Shown here piece after piece: positions 61,277-64,000 of a stretch of DNA of 64,000 nucleotides; the first letter of the stretch is position 1, and each line of letters starts with the position of its first letter. The stretch lies in sequence record PZ445439.1. One strand, written 5' to 3'. The notes below the pieces were generated by a model. That model searched no databases. It saw nothing but the letters and a program-made list of their open reading frames with translations, and was not told the DNA's origin. This DNA comes from a phage. The translations under genes were made by a program, and so were the position numbers.

Positions 61277-62290
61277 TCATTTATAATAACTTCGATGGTT
61301 TTCGAGATACACCCTTTCAAGGAAGTCATCCCAGAAACTCATGTCTACTTTTTGCTGCATACCGTTCTTAGAAGCTTCAATGGATGCTGCTTCTACTCGA
61401 TCGACCACATCTTCCAAAAACTCTTGAACCGTTTTAAACGGATGCTTACCCAACTTCACGTCGAGAATAAATGGAGCATCTTTGAGTGGATAGACCAAGT
61501 CGCCAGTTTTGTAAATTTCCAACAGTTGAAGTCCACCACGACAAGCATGACTCAGGGCTTTCCAGTCAATGCCCTCATTCGCTTCAGCCTTACGAGCGCG
61601 TTCACCATATTCAGCATCTAATTTGTTCAGTGACTGCTTAAGCTCAATAAGAGAAAGCGTTGTCTGATATTTACGACCCAGCACAGTGTAGAACGTCTGT
61701 GGGCCTGTTTTCTCATGATTATGGAATACCCATTCACAGAATTCGTTTTCTGGAAGACGATGCTTAATATCTTCAACCTTGGTACGACGCTGCTTAATAG
61801 AACCATCTTCTTGATAGTCAACCCACTGATCAGGGATTTGATTAACTACTTTCAATACATCACGTAATGCAGCCAAACGAGAACCCTTAACGCCATATTT
61901 AGAAGCTTGCTTGCGGACATATCCTAAATAGGATTTCATGTTAGTCGTATAAAAACGAGAACGGTTGTCTTGAATAAACTTCCATACGTCAGGCAAATCA
62001 GATTTAACCACTAGTTCAGGTGGAGTGTGAAGCATATCTAATGCTACAGTTTCACCATCTGCTGCTAATTTAAAGAAATACTTAAGACTATACAATTCGT
62101 GGTCAATATCATCTTTAGTGTTTTTAGATGATGTGTTGTTAGTGTTTTTACTCATGTGCTCTTTAACGTTTCCAATAAGAATATCACGAGCAGGAGGAAC
62201 AAAAATTTCTTTAAAATCTACATCAGATTCTGGGGTAGAAGTTCCATAAAGATGACTACCAAAATAGCTTTTCATTACTGTTTTCATCAT
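61277..62290 (-). CDS. Pol-beta-superfamily nucleotidyltransferase-fold protein of unknown function
   Basis: 337 aa; N-terminal FGSHLYGTSTPESDVDF fits the GS-x10-DxD nucleotidyltransferase signature. Confidence 0.5.
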   Translation of the reverse strand: MMKTVMKSYFGSHLYGTSTPESDVDFKEIFVPPARDILIGNVKEHMSKNTNNTSSKNTKDDIDHELYSLKYFFKLAADGETVALDMLHTPPELVVKSDLPDVWKFIQDNRSRFYTTNMKSYLGYVRKQASKYGVKGSRLAALRDVLKVVNQIPDQWVDYQEDGSIKQRRTKVEDIKHRLPENEFCEWVFHNHEKTGPQTFYTVLGRKYQTTLSLIELKQSLNKLDAEYGERARKAEANEGIDWKALSHACRGGLQLLEIYKTGDLVYPLKDAPFILDVKLGKHPFKTVQEFLEDVVDRVEAASIEASKNGMQQKVDMSFWDDFLERVYLENHRSYYK

Positions 62291-62748
62291 TCAGCCTTAT
62301 ATTCAATAACAGGACACACTTTAGCTTTACGGGCTTTTAAAAATTCGATAATAAGAGATTTCTTAGGTTGAATAGGAGGTAAATCTTTATACGCTCTATT
62401 AATATTTTCTACGTGTAAAGCATAATCCTTTTTCCATTTATAATTTTTATATTTTTCACGCAAACGCGCAGGAATAACAAATGAACCGATAATAAGTAAA
62501 ACAACCAAAAGAGCAAGTATAAATGCCGATGGAAGAAGAGTCCATAAACTACCGAAAATAAGCCAACGTTGTAGACTTTCTGCACAAATAATTGTTAGCC
62601 CTACGAGTATAGCACACCCAAAAATAAAAACAAAAAATGTAGGGATAGCAATAGACCAAAAGTATGCACATAGTGTCTTAGGCCGTTGCCATTCGTCGTT
62701 AAACAATTTGAACAATTTATAGTGCCAAGAGTTTTCATTAATAATCAT
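62287..62748 (-). CDS. membrane protein
   Basis: 153 aa with 2-3 hydrophobic helices; 4-nt overlap with upstream gene. Confidence 0.4.
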   Translation of the reverse strand: MIINENSWHYKLFKLFNDEWQRPKTLCAYFWSIAIPTFFVFIFGCAILVGLTIICAESLQRWLIFGSLWTLLPSAFILALLVVLLIIGSFVIPARLREKYKNYKWKKDYALHVENINRAYKDLPPIQPKKSLIIEFLKARKAKVCPVIEYKAE

Positions 62749-62750
62749 AA

Positions 62751-63272
62751 TTATCCTTTCATTGAAGGTGTAATAGTTGTTAAATACTTAATCATAGCTT
62801 CAGCTTCTGATTTTGATAATGAAATTTCTCCATTGTTTTGACGAATAGAAATAAAATCCGGATGACGGTCACCACCAGCTTTTAAAACACACATATAAGT
62901 ATCAGCTTCGTCTTCAATATTTGAAATGATTGAAGCAGTTCCACATGAATGTGGTTTTTGATAAATCAATACGGCTTTTCTTCCACCATTTGACTGTTCA
63001 TAGGCTTTTAATACATCAAACAAATCAGTTCTTTTATCAATAGCTAAAATGTTATTTTCATCTTCAATGTTAAATCCTTCGGATACTTCATAAAGCGTTA
63101 CCCATAAATCACCAATGTCAATAACAGCATTTACGTTTCCACGGCTTTCAAGAGTATTACAAATTTTCTTGATTTCGTCATAACTCATTTTAATAATATC
63201 ATCTCCTTGACTAAGGAAGATGTCATTTTTAAATTCAACACGAATTAAACCACTTTCACTTGAAATATACAT
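62751..63272 (-). CDS. hypothetical protein (paralog pair member)
   Basis: 173 aa; C-terminus KSEAEAMIKYLTTITPSM resembles neighbour. Confidence 0.4.
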   Translation of the reverse strand: MYISSESGLIRVEFKNDIFLSQGDDIIKMSYDEIKKICNTLESRGNVNAVIDIGDLWVTLYEVSEGFNIEDENNILAIDKRTDLFDVLKAYEQSNGGRKAVLIYQKPHSCGTASIISNIEDEADTYMCVLKAGGDRHPDFISIRQNNGEISLSKSEAEAMIKYLTTITPSMKG

Positions 63273-63278
63273 ATTTCC

Positions 63279-63824
63279 TCACTTTGAAATCATAGTTGGA
63301 ATGACAGAATCAAGATAAGTCTTTAGCGCAATAGCTTCATCTTTGGTAAATGTGACAATATGCGATCGAAAATCATCAGTTTGACGAATAGTTAAGACAT
63401 CTCCATCTTCATAGCATTTTGATACATTTAAAACAGTTTCATCATTCTGATCGCAAGCATTAGTAATAATAGCATTGCGATTTTTAAACCATTTTAAAAT
63501 GTGTTTTCTTTCATTAGAATAATAAAAATATTTAATCTTAGTTATAAAATTATCCCAATTGTTAATTGATAAGCATATAGACTCGCTTTCAATATTAAAT
63601 CCTGGGCATAAAGAATAAAAATGAATTTTATGCTCATCATTAATGCTTACAATTTTATCAGTATAAGGATTTTCAATTTGGGTTAAATGAATGATTTCAC
63701 TAGGCGTAAAATATAGCATATCGTCTTCTTGTGTCAAACGATACATATTATTTACTTTTTCTATAGCCAATTCACCAAAAAGTGAACTAACTTCTAATAC
63801 TAATCGTTTTGCCTCTCCCATCAT
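63279..63824 (-). CDS. hypothetical protein (paralog pair member)
   Basis: 181 aa; C-terminus KDEAIALKTYLDSVIPTM; preceded by a coupled ~34-aa micro-ORF and early promoter. Confidence 0.4.
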   Translation of the reverse strand: MMGEAKRLVLEVSSLFGELAIEKVNNMYRLTQEDDMLYFTPSEIIHLTQIENPYTDKIVSINDEHKIHFYSLCPGFNIESESICLSINNWDNFITKIKYFYYSNERKHILKWFKNRNAIITNACDQNDETVLNVSKCYEDGDVLTIRQTDDFRSHIVTFTKDEAIALKTYLDSVIPTMISK

Positions 63825-64000
63825 TACATGCTCCTTTGAATAATATCAATAATGTTGTTCACCAGATTATAAGTAAACATTGGGTAATTATATTGAATCA
63901 TCACATACACAACAAACAAAACTTTCATTCTCTTCTCCTTGGCAGTTGACAAGATTACTATACCATAACCTTGCCAACTTGTAAACCGTTAAATGTTGTT

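Noticed and set aside
1-64000. Bacterial defence island or prophage integrated in a chromosome
   Set aside because: Gene content and order match a lytic T-even phage early region throughout; no integrase, tRNA attachment site or bacterial housekeeping genes
1-64000. tRNA or other structured RNA genes
   Set aside because: No cloverleaf-like candidates noticed by eye; the T-even tRNA cluster maps elsewhere on the genome. A tRNAscan run would be needed to exclude them formally

Overview
This window reads as a contiguous ~64 kb stretch of the early/middle replication-recombination region of a T-even (T4-like, Tevenvirinae) coliphage genome, not a bacterial chromosome. Essentially every real gene is on the minus strand. 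Recognised in T4 map order: motA, 52, ac, stp, ndd, denB, rIIB, rIIA, 39, dexA, dda, srd, modA, modB, soc, 56, 61, sp, dmd, 41, 40, uvsX, a glycosyltransferase, 42, imm, 43, regA, 62, 44, 45, rpbA, 46, 47, a-gt, 55, nrdH, nrdG, nrdD, 49, nrdC, then a run of uncharacterised nrdC-distal ORFs. Identifications rest on protein lengths, motifs and recalled T4 sequences; no database search was possible, so gene names are recollections to be confirmed by BLAST/HHpred. The backbone looks more T2/T6-like than T4: gene 39 is one contiguous 606-aa ORF, nrdD has no intron, no segF, segA or dam is seen at their T4 positions, and a 282-aa GT-A-type glycosyltransferase sits where T4 has beta-gt. Recurrent non-coding signals are a conserved sigma70-type early promoter cassette (about 16 copies), MotA-box middle promoters, a late promoter before soc, and many GC-rich UUCG-tetraloop hairpins at gene ends. 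I found no clearly novel system. The best candidates for unexplored biology are an adjacent P-loop ATPase plus Pol-beta-fold nucleotidyltransferase pair (60195-62290), four tandem genes with a shared C-terminal coiled coil (54762-58753), a lone plus-strand ORF in the dam-less 56-61 gap, a consensus middle-type promoter pointing antisense into modA, and two free-standing GIY-YIG endonuclease genes. Coordinates I derived by hand (small ORFs, promoters, hairpins) may be off by 1-2 nt.
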